Assembly: GCA_951406725.2 (NCBI GenBank)
Contig: OX597817.1
Coordinates: forward strand, 71,734,001 to 71,798,000
Length of the DNA stretch: 64,000 bases
Reading direction: 5' to 3'
Source: Octopus vulgaris
Taxonomy: Eukaryota
The notes below the pieces were generated by a model that was not told where the DNA came from, did no database searches, and was given only the letters and a program-made list of their open reading frames with translations. Positions 27,201 through 42,311 of this stretch are shown piece after piece; the first letter of the stretch is position 1; each line of letters opens with the position of its first letter. The position numbers and the translations under genes are program-made.

Positions 27201-28125
27201 TAGCAAATCACAAACAACAACGAAAAACATACAAAACAGCAACAATGACGACAACAGCAACAGTAACAATACCACTGAAAACAGATAATATCGATGGTGG
27301 TATCAGATAAAGAACGTAAAATTTGTGTTCTTGAATGACTAGATACTAAATAATGGTTTCTAATTTAGACATAAGCCAACAAATATATTATCGCTACAAT
27401 TTACTGCTTTCTTTTAGTTGATTACTGCATTGACTGTGAACCTAAGAACACAAAGTGGTTCAACATATGCTTTCGACATGGCACCCCCCAGTCACGACTC
27501 ATTGTGGAAGTTTTATGCTGGACTTCATACATCGAGTTCTGAGAAGGACCACAGAAGCACGGAACCTAATCTGTTTAAAGTTCAGCGTTGTTTCTAATGC
27601 TTGCAATTGTATAAAAAGTGCCAAGAAACCAACATGAAAAACGTCGGGACGAGATTTGAACTCGGAAATCGTGATCATCTAACAATATTACACAATACAC
27701 CCACACACACTCACGCACGAATACAGCACCCACTCACACACTTGTATTTACATGCACACGCTCACTTCTTACACACACACACACACATATATATATATGT
27801 AAAAATAGACACATAAAATTAGTTATGAAGAGAAGCAAATTGAATGATATCATGACATTTGATATGAGAAAATAATGCTTCGAAAATTGATGGAAGAACG
27901 GTTTGAGAAAAAATTGTGCAATATTTGAAGTTGCATAATGAGTGCCTTTGAAGGTAAATATGTTTAATATTTTTGAAAAAGAAAATGTTTATGAATGTAA
28001 ATAGACAAAAATATATTTAAGAGAAATGCCTCTTTAAAAATAACTGAAATTTTATGCGCATACTCGCATTAATAGCTTAGATTCTGAAGGCGTTATATAT
28101 ATAATTGTATGTGCGCGTGTGTGTA

Positions 28126-28181
<56 letters not shown>

Positions 28182-28420
28182 GTGTGTGTATGTATATTTA
28201 TTAGTATATGTTATTGAAGCTCTAAGCTCTTCGATAACGCCTTTGGTTTTCTTAGCTAATAATACTGAACATGATCATTGATCACACACACACAGGCACA
28301 CAAACGCGCGCGCACATATATACACGCATACGAACACTCTTGCACAAACTGAGGTATCGAAAATTAGAGATAAAATCAGAGAAGAAAATGGGAGTGAAAA
28401 CTATATATTAGATGAAAGTT

Positions 28421-28768
<348 letters not shown>

Positions 28769-29175
28769 AGTATGAGGGATCTATAAGGAAGATGAAAGTT
28801 TGGGGAATAACATATTAGAGGAAAAGAAATCTCCGTGGCATTCAGGAAAGGGAACGAAAAAGGGAAGATATGAGAAACAACAGATAGATGAAAAGTAAAA
28901 AAAATACAAAAAGAAAAAAAGATCAGCTGGAAGTGCGATATGCGATAAAAATGATATATTATGAGATTTTGATATTCAACTGTTAATTATCCACTAATAA
29001 ATCACTCCAGAGGCAGAAAAAACACAAATGAGCAAGCGAAAAAGATTTCGCCAGGCTGATATTTCATTTATATGTTCTCTCGGGTGCATCTATTTTCATG
29101 CATATACATATACATACATACATACACACATACATACATATATACATACATACATACATACATACATACATACAT

Positions 29176-29255
<80 letters not shown>

Positions 29256-29382
29256 TGCTGGTGATTCTATGTTGTTTTTGGCTTCTTTCTTCATTCCTGT
29301 CAAATTACGTTCCGCATTTGTTTTTACTCCACAGCTTACTGTAGCATATAAGGCTTGGTTAATAACAGTTACATAACAACAG

Positions 29383-29558
<176 letters not shown>

Positions 29559-29704
29559 GCGTGTATTTCTGTGTGTTTGTATGTTTATATATACATGTAC
29601 GTATATAGGATTTGCACAACCACATGTAAGTATGTACATAGTTGTGTGGGTATATTTATGTATATACGCGCGCACGCTCACACATATTATGTACGTACGT
29701 ACGT

Positions 29705-29830
29705 ATGTATGTATGTCATGATTCAGTTTTATTTCAAGATTTCTTGCCAATAGAGAAAGAAGCGCTTTCTAACCTAGATCCAAGGTTCCTTCATTGGAAT
29801 TTCAACATCTACAGGATATTTTTGTATGTA
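29705..29830 (-). mobile_element. 3' UTR copy of the RLE element at 6625-7140
   Basis: Reverse complement of about 7025-7140, within (TGTA)n. Confidence 0.75.
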
Positions 29831-29870
29831 TGTATTTATGTATGCATGTATGTATGTATGTATGTACATA

Positions 29871-30776
29871 CGAGAGGTACCCAAAGTAACCGTTAACGTT
29901 CTCTGTGGAACAAACCCATAATAGTTCAGGCTTTCGCCACTAGAAGTCACTTAATGCAACCCTCAGGCATCAGTCTGCCGACCAGCGTTGTCCATTCGTA
30001 TCATACTGCCACGTTGTGTATCTTTGTTTTACAGTGCTTCTGTATGTCATTATTCAGTTTTATTTCAAGATTTCTTGCGATGGTTGAAACAAGGGAACAG
30101 CGTGGTTCCGTGAATTTTTATTTTATTTTGTGTGCTGGGGATAACGACAGCCGAAACAGTTGTTATGCCTCAAAGAACTTACAAAGCCGCTGCCATGAGC
30201 AAAACACAGGTTTACGTGTGGTTTTCACTTGTTGCTTGAGGACCAACCTCGTTCAGGGCGACCATTGACGTCCCGAAGGAATGAAAACATCATGAAAATT
30301 CATGAACTGACATTGGAGGACTGTCACAGAACGATTGACACGTTTGTTGATATGACCTGTGTGTCATGGAGCTCCTGCCAACGAATTTTGAGCGAAGAAT
30401 TGTGAATGAAAGGAGTTGCAGCAAACATTGTGCCTCGCTAGTTCACGGAAGATCAAAAACAGTCACGACTGAATGCGTGAACTGAAAGAATAGTTGGAAG
30501 TTGATCTGGACATTTTTTCGAGGGTCATTACTGGTGACGAAAGCTGGTGCTACGGAATAAGCGGATGTGGAAGAGGCGAATAAAAAAACCGACAGATTCA
30601 TTAAAAGGCATCACTTCGCACGAGAACCAGTACTGTTTTCAACAGTGGAAAACGCGTCTGGACTAATGCATTGCTTCAAATGGTGAATACTTTGAAGGCT
30701 ATTAAAGTGTAAACGTGTAAAACTAAGTGAATAAAATAATATAGCAAAATTCCGGTCCATTTTAGGTACACTCTCA
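29871..30776 (+). mobile_element. Internally deleted mariner transposon
   Basis: Imperfect TIRs (cgagaggtacccaaagtaaccg / ccggtccattttaggtacactctca), TA flanks. Remnants EQRGSV, AANIVPR, RVITGDESWCYG, FQQWKTRLD*CIASNGEYFEG. Confidence 0.9.
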
Positions 30777-31588
30777 TATGTACATGTGCAGATATATATG
30801 TTTTGTTTTATCTTTGTATTATGTACGTATGTATATATGTACATCTGAATGTATGTTTGGAAGTATGTATGTATATATGAAATAGGTGAAAATTATTGAA
30901 ATGTCATGAGTTAGTTAATGAGGGTGAGAGTATAAAAGAAATAATAGATGAAGTGAGACAGACAACGAAACATGACTGAAAGAAATATAGATATATAAAG
31001 AAAAAGCAACAATGTCAGTAAGTACAATGAAAATAGATCTGGCAATGAAAGAAACAGAAGAGAATCTAACGAATCAGTGGATATACATATGTGTATGTGT
31101 TTGTTTATACGTGCTTGCCCGTATCTCTGGGTGTCTACGAAAGTATTTATGCATGCGTATATACGTCCATGCCTGTTTACATATCACTATATATATCTTC
31201 TCCGTATGTAACTATTTTTCACTTCCTGGTACCTATTTCAGTTATTGGAATGCGACTATGATGAGGCAGCACCTTGAAGTGTTTAGTCGAGACGAAATCG
31301 ACCTTTGTGCATTTTTTTCAATCCTCATACCTTTTCTATCAATCACTGTTGCTGAACCACTAAGTTATGCAGAGATAAACAAACTAACATCGGTGATCAA
31401 GTGGTGGTGTAATGACAAGCACAAATGCGAAGTCACATGCGTGCACACACGGACACACACTCACGCACAAACACACACACATATCTATCTATCTATATGT
31501 ATATATATATATATATCATAAGCTTTAAGCCTATAAGCGATCACTTACCAACTGCATGGCAACTTGGGCGTCTTCTATTATATGTATA

Positions 31589-31666
<78 letters not shown>

Positions 31667-31669
<3 letters not shown>

Positions 31670-32490
31670 TTTACACTAACGAGCAACCTGCATCTTTCTG
31701 GCAGATTTCAGAACAATAATTAGCTCGTAGTGTTGTTTTTGTAAACAAACTTTCATGTGCTTTTACTGCGATGGTTTTTGTTAAGCAGCGTCGAGTTCTA
31801 CACTACTGCAAATAATAATAATAATAGTATTTCATTAGCTTAATGCTTATAAGTGATCACGGCGCAATGACTAAAGAAAATAGTCTAATAATGGGGCACA
31901 CTTGTCACAAAAACAAAGAGGTGTGGTTTGAATCCCGCGCATAAGGGAAAAAAAACCTACTTTTTTTTCCGTCGAGGGCTCATATGCCCCATTATTAGAC
32001 CATTTTGTCTTTTAGTCATTGCTCGGTGATCGCTTATAACATGTAAACTTATAAAATACAATTATTATTATTTACAGAATTGTAGAAACCGACGCTGCTT
32101 AACAAAAACCATCGCAGTAAAAGCACATGCAAGTTTGTTTACAAAAATAACACTAGGAACTAATTATAGTTCTGAAATCTGACGGAAAGATGCAGTTTGT
32201 TCGTTAGTTTAAGTGGTAGTACACTCGACGCGAAAAGTAAGAATCTTTGCTTATGTTACAATTTAGACTGTCACTTGTGACTTGGAGTAGTGGTAATTTA
32301 AAAGCAGAATAAGCTGTTCGTCCTCCTGCGAGAATGGTAGCAGCAAAGCCAGACAATGGTACTGCAATTGCAGTTTTTGCTTTGTTGCCTTACTTTGGAG
32401 AGAAGTAATGTTACAAATGTTTTACGTGTGTCACCAGGAGCATCAAGAAAGAATATTACTCCGCTTTTTTGTGCCGATTGTGGAACGCCG
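31667..32490 (-). mobile_element. Helitron-derived relic: PIF1 helicase fragment beside a long inverted repeat
   Basis: Minus 32285-32480: IFFLDAPGDTRKTF...IAVPLSGFAATILAGGRTAYSAFKLP (PIF1 motifs I/Ia, frameshifted). Inverted arms about 31667-31898 and 31985-32215. Confidence 0.7.
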
Positions 32491-32492
32491 CC

Positions 32493-32532
<40 letters not shown>

Positions 32533-32685
32533 TAGAGTATCAAACCACAGATGAAAAGGAGGTGTGTGTGTGAGAGAGAGAGAGAGAGTGAGTGAGTGAA
32601 GGGCTGTGTTGTCATACATACGTACATGCATAAATAATAAATAATGCGTACATATTTCTTGTACGTTTGTGTGCGTGTGTGTGTT

Positions 32686-32755
<70 letters not shown>

Positions 32756-34429
32756 GCTTAGACTTCATTCTCCCTCACACACATACATACACACGGAAAA
32801 GATGTATACATATGTATTTATGTATGTATGAATACATGACAACACGCCCCTTCACTCACTCACACACATACAGACACACATACCATACATAAATGCATAC
32901 AAACGCACATACAAAAACACGTGTGAGTGTGTGACTTACAAACACAAAGAGCTTAACACAGCGTGAAAAAGAAGATAGATAAAAAAAGTTTACGTAAATA
33001 AACTAAGTGTGCGAGTTCCAGCAAAGTAATGCCCATAGTTTTTGGGCGCCACATGTTTAATTTACAGAATTTTAACGAGATATTTGTGTGTGTTTATGTC
33101 TGTGTGCCTGTGTGTGTGTGAGACAGAGAGTGAGAGAGAGAGAGAATATTGAAAACAATAAATGAGATGCACAGCGAATGAAAAAATTGTATAAATAAAC
33201 GCACGTTGAAAAGTGTCTTGTATCAAATATTTAAATTTGTGAATTTAGTAAATATTTTATTCAGTAATTTATTGTAGTTGTTTACAAATTGCGAAATGAA
33301 AATATTAAAATTTAGACAGGGACAGATTTCGCCGTTGTTATATCAATACCGGAAGTTGACATTGAGAAACCCTTTTAAAGAAGTGAATCTAATGTAGAGA
33401 ATTTCATTTAAAAAATATCTATTTTCTTGGAAGTTAAGACGAATTGAAGTAGATTCAGGTGAATTTTCAGAAAATCCCCTCCCCCTCCTAAAACAGTTAC
33501 TCCCCCAAATTTTATATATCCGAAACTGACATGATAGAACACACATTCGTAGAAAATTTTATTAAAAATTATCCATAATTCTGAAAGTTAGGACCATGGA
33601 AATTGTGCTGGTGGGCAGAAATCTGTAGTTCTTAATGAGACAGGCAGAAAGTAAATAAGAAATTTTAACGGAAAAGAAAGTATTGTAGGGGCTGAAGGAA
33701 AATTTGTCACTCAGCAAACCAATGAAATTACTTATATCAGTATTTGTGAATTTGTTTCTGTCATTAATTTGTCGTTGTTTGTTTGTAAATAGCGATTTAA
33801 AACTTAAACCTACAGTAAAAACAATTACATGGGAGTTAAACAATGGCGTATGAAAATTGAACGAGAAAAGAATAGGGTCTGTAAAATGAAAGTGAAAACA
33901 AGAGATATAGATAGAGAGATATGTTACAGAGAGATAGAGATAGGCACAGAGAGATGAATAGAGAGGTATAAATAAGGAGATATGATACGTCACCGACTCT
34001 AGAAAACCGGAAGTAAAAATATTAAAATGTTTGAAAGCCTTGTATGTAATATAAAATTATATATTTTTTTATTTTTAAAAACTTTTAATAAAAAATCAAA
34101 TGAAGACCCTATAATATGTCCGAAGTCAAATTATTCAGGCATAACAAGTATGGAAGTAATTGGTAAAGCTGTTTTCGCATGACAAGTGAATACGCACACA
34201 TGTCTATTTTATATATTAGATATACACAGAAATACAAATATACGTTACATATTTGACGGGGTTCTTTAAGTTTCTGTCTAGAAAATATACTTTCAAAGAT
34301 TTGGTTGGTCGGAGACAATAGTAGAAGACACTTGCCCAAGTTGCCATGTAGTATAACTGAACACACAGCCATACAATATACATATATATACATGTACACA
34401 CACACACACACACATATATATGGACTTCT

Positions 34430-34521
<92 letters not shown>

Positions 34522-34909
34522 ATCAAAATAAGCAACAAAGATATCCAGAGGTAATGTAATACGATCGTTTTATGCGACTCCATTTAATTGAACAATGCAA
34601 ACATTACATCAATTTAATCTTCAGTTGCATACAAATATAGAATTTAGTTAAATTCGAAGAACTCATTTGTATAATTTTCTTTTTATCCAAAATCACCAAG
34701 AGGATAAGTAGATAGACAAAGAACAGGTTTTATCAACATCACAGTTGTAACTGACATTTGTTTAAAAAAAGACACTCCTTTTCACTGATTATTTCTGTTA
34801 TTTAGATTTACTAGTGGGCGGGGTTAGTTTTAATTTATAGACTAGTTTATCAAAACTAAGAGAAACTAGTGTGTATCCTTTATGGATAGGGCAAAATAGA
34901 TAGACAATT

Positions 34910-35075
34910 TAGGTGGCAGAGTCATAAATCAAGATTGATACTATATGATTTCACTCCCCCTGTCCCATAAGTATTAGCTTCCAAATTTAGCTGCTATAGT
35001 CTTATCTGAAGTATATTCTTACTGAACCAAATGGTTTTACTTCAAAGAAATCTTGATTTATGACTCTGCCACTTA
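34910..35075. mobile_element. Small MITE-like element with 27-bp inverted ends
   Basis: taggtggcagagtcataaatcaagatt / aatcttgatttatgactctgccactta (1 mismatch), TA at both termini. Confidence 0.55.
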
Positions 35076-35938
35076 GGTGCGAGGAGACATAAACATCCAC
35101 TCGGTCACTTCACCTTGACTTTGTAGAATATGCAGCAAATGAAAGGCGGAGGAAAAGCATGTTGGGCCGGCACGAAGCTGGTACCCCTCTACAGTTGGGA
35201 AGACAGGAATACCTTGAAATGAAGTGTTTTGCATAAAGATACAACTCACCCACTACAGCCCAGGGATTGAACCTGTACCTTTATAAACATGAGTCAATCA
35301 CACTTAGCACTAATCCATGCGCCTTCACTCTCGTATGTAATATTGATTTCAAATTTTGGCACAAGACCAGCAATTCTGCGGGAATGGGTAATTCGAGTTT
35401 GAACCCAGAACTTAAAGACGGACGAAATACCTATTTCTTTACTACCCACAATGTGCTAAACACAGAGAGGACAAACAAGGACAGACAAACGGATTAAGTC
35501 GATCATATCGACCCCAGTGCGTAACTAGTACTTAATTTATCGACCCCGAAAGGATGAAAGGCAAAGTAGACCTCGGCGGAATTTGAACTCAGAACGTAAC
35601 GGCAGACGAAATTCCGCCAAGCATTTCGCCCGGCATGCTAACGTTTCTGCCAGCTCGCCGCTTTACTTTCTTACATAATATTAATAAACATTCTGTAGGA
35701 GGTAGTAAAAAAATGTAGATGCAACAAAAATAGCAATGGCTACGTAATGAAATATGTTCCTACTTGGACGGGAGACACGCAATATAACTTTAGCATGGCG
35801 TAACAAGTCACTAAATATCATTCCATATGAGAAATTGACAAGGATATAATAAACAAAATACTCATGAGATTAGATAGGTTTTAAGTAGAGAAAAATATAT
35901 ATATAGTAAGATTCTAAGTGCTCTATGGCGTCACTTAC

Positions 35939-36095
35939 TCCATCCAAATATGATGTAGAGCTTGATGCCTCGTTGTTGAGTCATAAGTGTTCGATAAAAT
36001 AACATCTGAAGATAAAGGCCTTCGATAAATATCCATGATTGGCTGACGGCGATGCCGTAGTGGAATAATGTAAACAGCAGACGACATTGCCAATG
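35939..36095 (-). CDS. Class B1 GPCR, TM3-ICL2-start of TM4 exon
   Basis: Acceptor ttttttttatttcag, donor gtaagt, 157 nt, phase 0/1. Encodes HWQCRLLFTLFHYGIAVSQSWIFIEGLYLQMLFYRTLMTQQRGIKLYIIFGW (W-x-x-x-EGLYL and GW motifs). Confidence 0.96.
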
Positions 36096-36233
36096 CTGAA
36101 ATAAAAAAAAGTCAATGATATTACTACACGATTGAACAGACAAACGTATTCTACGTATATATATATATACAGAGAGAGAGAAACGTGCATACAAACATAT
36201 GCATGTGTGTATGTATAGATGTCTATATATATA

Positions 36234-36277
<44 letters not shown>

Positions 36278-36283
36278 TGTGTG

Positions 36284-36318
<35 letters not shown>

Positions 36319-37329
36319 GAGAGAAAGACAGAAATCAAAAAATGGTTGATTGTAAGTTAATGAGTAGCTAAGCTACATAAATTTGTGCACTTTTGATTGA
36401 GAATAATAAATCTGTTTTATGAGAAAAGAATCATGAATCATATGAATCATACGTAATTAATCCTATGACGTATGATTCTTTTGCTGTGTGTATTTATTGT
36501 TGATGTTACAATAGCATTTGCGATGAATACAGTCCAAAGAATTATGGAGTAATTTCATTTTTCCTAGAATGAAGAAAACGAAGTTGATGTAAGCTGATTT
36601 TGATCCCAGAACGAAGACAAATAAAGCTCAATACCATTTCTATCATTTTACTGGAACAAGGGTTAGACTTTCTTGATGGTCTTACGACATGCTAGAAGTT
36701 ATAACCAAACCTATCTTAAATGACTTTACTTTATCCTATATAGAGTGACGCAAATGTCTCTTTCATCTTTAAAAACTTAACATTTTTAAAAAATGAATAT
36801 TTTGTATATATTGTACATTGATTTCAATATACAGTGTTCGATAATAGATCCTTATGTATCTAGCGTCAATGTTATAATATCTTGTTAAACATCATTTACT
36901 CGACCAGCTAGATTAGCAGTTAAATATACCTCAAACTGTAAGCTATTTTCTTAAAAAAAGAAGACATTCGATAATGTAGTTTTAACTGCACAATGTCCGA
37001 GAAAAACGCAAGGTCATGATCTAGTGGACGTACGATCAAGCCTTTGATCGTACGTCCACTTTGTCACAACAGATCTAGGGCGAGGTAACAAGCAACAGGC
37101 ATCATAGCTCTTTTGACCCCATTAGAGAAGTGTCAAGGTTTTCAAATTTTCACACTAGATACCTCTGGTTATTCTTTACCAAATATATTTTGTTTATTTC
37201 GCTGGAGACATTCACCCGCGTGTTCAGGTACAAATTGAATTTCTGGTGCAATATATGCTCTCCACTGCAGTCTTCCAATGCAATCTATTCTGTACTTTTT
37301 CTTTTCAGTTTTTTCTTTAACATTTCTTT

Positions 37330-37740
37330 TATCTTTATTTTCTCTATTGCGGATCTCAAGCTGCTGATCCCAGACATCGTGTGTTCCTTCCCTTTTCTGG
37401 TTTACAATCTAAAGTTTGCCTTGCAAAGCATTTCTCTCGAGAGGCCTATCTATTTTCACACAATTTCCGGATATCTAATATTTAGAAGATTATTGAAGCA
37501 GTTCTTTGTGAATGATTGGAGCTTTCTGATGATGTTTGCTCTCATTCATTATGACTCAGAAGCAAACAATAGGATACTTTCATTTTGCTGAAAACATTGT
37601 TTATTGATATTCATGCTATGTATTCTCTATCAGTCGCATCAATCTTTCAGGAGTGCCAAGTTTGGTTATGGACACTACTCTTTCTCTTCCTCCAATCACT
37701 AAATTATGACTCAAATGAAAATCACAAGATTCTGATATGC
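37330..37740 (-). mobile_element. Decayed RTE-like LINE fragment
   Basis: KSILLFASES...RKLQSFTKNCFNNLLNIRYPEIV remnant. Confidence 0.45.
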
Positions 37741-39252
37741 ATTCGAGGCACACACATACACCAGCGTTATTGTAAAATTAATGAGTTAGCTTATAAGTGT
37801 CTAAAAAACTATAAACTACTCAGGTTAATTTTACATTCTTCTGTCCACAGAAAATAAAATCAGTGGTATAACTACGTTCTTTACTTCTCACAGCGTAGTT
37901 TAAAATTGCCTTTTTATTTTAAATGGGTATAAATTTGTATTTCAAAATATGTTTTGTAAAATACTGTGTAGTGTTCCATGAATGGACTACTTAATCTACG
38001 TTGTATGCATATACTGTTACCAGGCAAAGTAAGAAAACGCTTAAGCGCTCACCTAGTCATTGTACTGTAAATAACTACAAACTGCTAACCTTTCTATGGA
38101 TATGCCAATCTCTCCGTAGAAGGGAACCTGATATTCCTTCAAGAACGAATATCTAACAAGATTAGAAATTGTCAAATCGATTCCATTTTTTGGCCCTGGA
38201 GAGATTTTATGGCAGTGAAGCTAAAATTGTACGTTTATTTTAGAAGACATACCTTATATACCTTCATGCAGTGAAATATTGAATTCTTAGATTGGATATC
38301 AACTGTATCGTTTTCACCAAAGCTAGTGAGTCTAACAAAGGTCGGCTTCGTCCCCTCTTTCTTACTTTAACTATATTACGTAAATAAAAAATAAACGAAA
38401 CCTGGTTTATAGCATGGTGTTGGTGACATTTTCCATTGCTAATTAGAAGCATTACAACCGCCTGAAAAACATCCAGTCTACAGTGAACTTTGTAATAAAC
38501 CGAAGCGGTATATTATGGAAGACAAACATCATTTTGTATTTGTTTTAAATATAAAAAAAAATACGTCTTTCTTTTCCTCTTCCATGATTTATCATCTTGT
38601 AATATCGTCATTGATAGAAATACATTATTTTGTTATGACGTATTTCTTACGCAAATCAACAAATCTGCATCTGTGATGTAATATATATAAGTGTGTGTGC
38701 GTGTCTGTACATGTTTGTGTGTGTGTGTTTATGTGTGTGTGTATGTGTGTGTGCGTGTCTGTACATGTTTGTGTGTGTGTGTGTTTATGTGTGTGTGTAT
38801 GTGTGTGTGTCCATGCGTACACTCACATATATATCGGAAGATTTTGAAGTATGTGGAAGGACTATCCTGCAGTGCAATCTGAATGCAATACATACACACG
38901 CACACACACACACGCACATACACGCACACACACACACGCACACACACACACACACACACGCACACACACACAGACACACACACACGCACACACACGTGGG
39001 TACGTTTCAAATCAGTGACTGTTCTCCTGCTGTTGCGTAAAGGCCATCCTCTATTTTCGTCATAACTTTCGCTTACATATATTATGAATGAAGTAGCTGT
39101 TAACATTTTCTACGCTAAGTGATATTGGACATTATAATTCAAACAAAAGAGGACTAGGTTTCTCGTTTGTGTGTGTGTATGTGTGTGTCTGTGTTTGTGT
39201 GTATGTGAATATGTGTATGAGTGTGTGTGTGAGTGTGTGTATATGTGAATAT

Positions 39253-39289
<37 letters not shown>

Positions 39290-39336
39290 CGTACGTGCGT
39301 GTGTATGTGTGATTTTGTTTGTTTTATCTGACTTAC

Positions 39337-39499
39337 CGATCCCGGTTTGAAGATTAATAAACCGCCCTTCTCTTCCATATCAATTGACATGGCATATCCG
39401 TAAGTGAATAAGTAGATACGCATCAAGGCGAAAATGGAGCGAAAACAAAATGCCAAGAAGAGGTTGATGTGTAGAATATTGCTTTTGTAATGGAACCGC
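39337..39499 (-). CDS. Class B1 GPCR, ICL1-TM2-ECL1 exon
   Basis: Acceptor tttttcttcctgctag, donor gtaagt, 163 nt, phase 2/0. Encodes RFHYKSNILHINLFLAFCFRSIFALMRIYLFTYGYAMSIDMEEKGGLLIFKPGS (N-x-x-H-x-NLF motif; long ECL1 as in PTH-receptor-like proteins). Confidence 0.95.
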
Positions 39500-41998
39500 C
39501 TAGCAGGAAGAAAAAGAAAATGTACAAAGGTAAACATGTATTATATCTCAAGTAGACGATGTTTCATATATTTATAATGAATTAGCAAAAAACAAGAAAG
39601 AAAACAAAAGGAGAAAACGAACAAAACATTCAGGGGCAGAAACAAGCATTTTTTTGTTTCCTAAAATGATTAGTAAAGAAACTAACTACGAGATGATTGT
39701 TACAATCGATCGACGGTCTTTCGGAACAGATATATCTACCTCGAGGTAAAACAAAGAATTGGGTGGTAGTTTCCTTCTGTGAAAGAATTTTTGACCAAAA
39801 CCTTTAGTTTTAAACATTTTTGCTTTCTAATCCCGTGTTCTTTTCCAATATATATGGGCTTCAAATATTGGCACAATGCCAGCAGGTTTGGGGAAGGGGA
39901 TAAGTCGATTAAATCGACCCCATTGTTCAACTGGCATTTATTTTACCACGTGCCCGAAAGAACAAAGTCAACCACAGCGGAATTTGAACTCAGAATGTGA
40001 CGACGGACGAAATGCCGCTAAGCATTTTGACCGGCGTATTAACGATTCTGACAGCTTCAATAAATTATATATTGGTACTTTATTCTAAGAGATCGTGATA
40101 ACTATTCCGAAACTCTTTAAATCAAGTATTACACACGTCTCACGAGTGTAATAGTTTATTAATTCATTAGTACATAATATATTAGCGGTCGATAATAGAA
40201 TAGTATCGAATATCTATGGTTTGTTGGTTCTGGTGTGGATAGCTAAATGTAGCTTCTTTGCCAGTCACGTAATCTGTCAGTTCATTAGAAAACAAATATC
40301 AGCATAAAAAATAGGAATGAAAACGAAAAGAAAAAAATATATTAACTTTTGCGTTTCAAAACATTTGACGCAACGCCGATACTACATCCCAATGAAATCT
40401 AATTAATTGGGCGACTGGATGTTTTTGTAATCTTTTTCCATTTATTTCAACTCTATGCAAGCTAACGGAATATATGTCAAGGATTAAATTGTTACAGCTA
40501 CTTACTCAGACGCATACTCAAACTTCCATATAATTACTATCGTAGTCGAAGGACAGAGATGGTCTAGAAACGTACGGCACATAACTATGGTAACACCTAT
40601 TTATTTATTTATTGCCCACAGGGTGCTAAACATATAGGGGACAAACAAAGACTGACAAAGGGTTTAAGTCGATTACATCGACCCCAGTGTGTAATTGACA
40701 CTTATTATATCGACCCCGAAAGGATGAAAAGCAAAGTCAACCTCAACGGAATTTGAACTCAAAACTTAACGGCAGACGAAAACCCACTAAGTTTTTCACC
40801 CGGCAAGCTAACGATTCTGCCAGCTCGCCGCCTTCTTGGATCAACTGGCATTTATTGCACCGATTGGGTCAACTTGCTTTTAGTCTCTAAACATTCCCAT
40901 TTTCGTTTTTTTTTTTTTTGTTTTGTTTTTTCACAGACAAAGATATTGGACTATGAAGGCGCGTGGCTTAATGGTTAAGGTGCTGCATACGAGATCGTGG
41001 TTTTTGATTCCTTGAACGATTAGCGCATCGTGTTATTGAGTAAAACGCTTTATGTTGTTCTAGTCTACTCAGCTATAAATGAAAAACGCTGAGACGGACT
41101 GGTGTCCCGTTCAGTGTGGTATGTTATAATCCTGGTCATTTATATCCTTGGAAAAAGGGTAAGTTACCCTGTGGGTCCTATGACTTGAGACTGTAATGTA
41201 CAGGATACTTACTATACTGACATGCAAAATAAATGTCTCGTTTCTTTTTTGGGTATGATTTGAAGAATATTTAACTGTTACTTATTACGAGTCGAGTGAC
41301 CCCGAAGATACTTTTCCTCTAACTCGATTAACGTTAACTATTTTGTAACAAATTTGTATGAATCATAGCCTGACTATATATCTTCTATTTGACTCGTTGA
41401 CTGGTAAGTAGAGTTCTCCAGCAAGTTGTTAAGAATACCATTTGCAGGCTGGAAGAGAGCAATTTCTATAGCATTTTCAGTCATTTAACAGAGATATAAA
41501 TCGTGATACTTGCTATACATATATAAATAAATATATAGACATCGTGATACAAGTAGTGCTTGCATGAATGAAGCAGATTACTTCCTCTTACAAGTTGACA
41601 GAAACGATTTCCCGGTATCTACGTCATAGTGCCCAATATGATGCGCTGTTATGATAACCACGACGACCGGGTCTTGATCTGAGATTTTCCGATTTCTTTT
41701 TCTTCTAATGTATCTTTAAAAGAAATTTTTATTAATTAGTTCAGAAATTTAACATTTTCTAACAAACATTTAGTTTTATAAATATACTTTCATGTTTATC
41801 TTAATTATTATTGTATTATTTCTTATTTCCTATCTTCTTTAATCAAGGAAGAACAAACTAACCAAGGTGCAATCTGTGAACGTAGATCTCGTTAAAACCA
41901 GATCTAGAGCTAAAGAAAATTCGAGTCTTATGCATGATTTCATACTACATGATCTCATCACTCGCTAGACACATCAACCAACTTATTATGTATGTGGG

Positions 41999-42311
<313 letters not shown>

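Noticed and set aside
28990-29056. Minus-strand LAKSF resembling the TM6 LAKST motif
   Set aside because: Lacks LIPLFG, has a poor acceptor and runs into a stop.
36005-36030. CTGAAGA...GAT hammerhead-like string
   Set aside because: No GAAA or stems; it is the antisense of the GPCR TM3 exon.
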